A stretch of 62,902 bases of DNA, filler included, from Octopus bimaculoides (lineage: Eukaryota), in assembly GCF_001194135.2 (NCBI RefSeq). It is 8 parts of 7 records of this genome, joined end to end, with 100 filler letters (N's around TTAATTAATTAA, not from the genome) between each part and the next. Parts side by side here need not be neighbours in the genome. Positions count along the whole stretch, not along the records: positions 54,185 to 61,516 come from NC_068985.1; positions 61,617 to 62,902 come from NC_068999.1; 6 more parts are not named here. One strand, written 5' to 3'. The translations under genes and the position numbers were made by a program. Under the pieces are notes generated by a model. The model saw only the letters and a program-made list of their open reading frames with translations, made no database searches and had not been told where the DNA came from. Below are positions 61,463-62,902 of this stretch, piece by piece (position 1 is the stretch's first letter; every line of letters begins with the position of its first letter).

Positions 61463-62434
61463 TTATTCTTTTTTAATCAACAGGGGTTGCCACCACCCCC
61501 TGCCGGAGCCTTGTGGNNNNNNNNNNNNNNNNNNNNNNNNNNNNNNNNNNNNNNNNNNNNTTAATTAATTAANNNNNNNNNNNNNNNNNNNNNNNNNNNN
61601 NNNNNNNNNNNNNNNNAATCGAAAAATTATTTCACAATATGACGAAGATATATTTTCTTTCGGAATAAGAAAGAAAGGAAAAATAAACCCAGCAAACGAT
61701 CAAAATAAATCTTAAATTTCGTATTTTCTCACGGGAACAATTCATAAACAGACAGACAAACAAACAAACAACAAAAATTTTAAAAAGCAACAAAAACAAA
61801 TGCTTTTCTTGTATGTTCAATAATCAATATACACAATAAAAATGAAAATGAAAAAAACAAAAAACAAAACAAAAAAATAGACAAATTGCAGCGTCCGGTT
61901 TGTTAGCTACGTTTCTTATTAATCTGACATCTTATAGTAAATTATAAATTCGTGTTCTCCGTGGGGGGCTTAGCAATAGTGAGGGTGGGGATCACAGAAG
62001 AGAAGGGGTTTCGGTCCCTGGAGAGTTGATAAGCAAGACCGTCCTGAAAAAAACCTTGTGATAAATAATAGAGTAAAATTAACATCGTCGCAGCGGCGTT
62101 TAATCCTTGAACCTAAACTGACCGTAAACAACATCGAATACCACAACGACAACGCTATGGCGTTCGTTGGCGTCGACGAGGTCACGTGGACAATGAAATA
62201 ATGCGACAAGGAATAAATAAATAAAATAATACAATAAAATAATATAATAAAATAATAATAAAATTCATCGTAGAACTATGTGAGGTTCTGGCCGCACCCC
62301 CGGACGCGAGAGATTAGTTCTGAAAATAATTTAATGTATTATTGGGTCATTAGAACTCTAATTAATTGGAAGGCAAATCAGAAGGGACAGACCTCTTTAC
62401 AATAATATGACAATTAGCTTTAAATGGACACAAC

Positions 62435-62797
62435 GTAGGAGTGGCTGTGTGGTAAGTAGCTTGCTTACCGACCACATGGTTCCGGGTTCAGTTCCACTCT
62501 GCGTGGCACATTGGGCAAGTGTCTTCAACTATAGCCTCGGGCAGACCAAAGCCTTGTGAGTGGATTTGGTAGACGGAAACTGAAAAGAAGCCCGTCGTAT
62601 ATATATATGTATATGTTTGTGTGTCTGTGTCTTTCCCCCCAGCATCGCTTGACAAACGATGCTGGTGTGTTTATGTCCCCGTAACTTAGCGATAAAATAT
62701 GTACTAGGCTTACAAGAAGTCGTAGGGTCGATTTACTTGACTAAAGGCAGTGCTCCAGCATGGCCACACACAAATGACTGAAACAAGTAAAAGAGTA
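62435..62797 (+). mobile_element. SINE family A, full-length copy
   Basis: Reverse complement of 26421-26822 with few differences. Confidence 0.9.
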
Positions 62798-62902
62798 CAA
62801 CATACACGTATATACATTACACATAGATATATGTATTTACGAATACCATATACATATATGTATATATGTACACATGTATATATATATATATATATATATA
62901 TA

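Overview
AT-rich, microsatellite- and transposon-dense animal genomic DNA with many N gaps. The repeat families and gap style suggest an octopus assembly, probably Octopus bimaculoides (inference). The window lies inside one large + strand gene, a PDE3 (cGMP-inhibited cAMP phosphodiesterase) orthologue. Two internal phase-0 coding exons are visible, 38085-38345 and 51415-52107, and they join as ...SLPK|RLRRSLPP...; the rest appears intronic. Mobile elements: a full-length decayed mariner (DD34D), a maT (DD37D) fragment, a hAT/Buster element with TIRs, R4/Dong-like and RTE LINE fragments, a Gypsy integrase remnant, piggyBac-, hAT- and mariner-type MITEs, Helitron ends and dozens of tRNA-derived SINEs. 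Most notable: (1) six minimal type I hammerhead-ribozyme folds of Penelope/retrozyme style, where the three antisense copies keep CUGANGA and the three sense copies have it mutated; (2) two phase-compatible antisense exon-like segments containing a PepT/SLC15-like CERFSYY motif; (3) an AG|GT recursive-splice or 15-nt microexon candidate; (4) conservation of the PDE3A 14-3-3/brachydactyly-hypertension motif; (5) intronic foldbacks and CpG-retaining islands. All calls were made by eye and no database searches were run.
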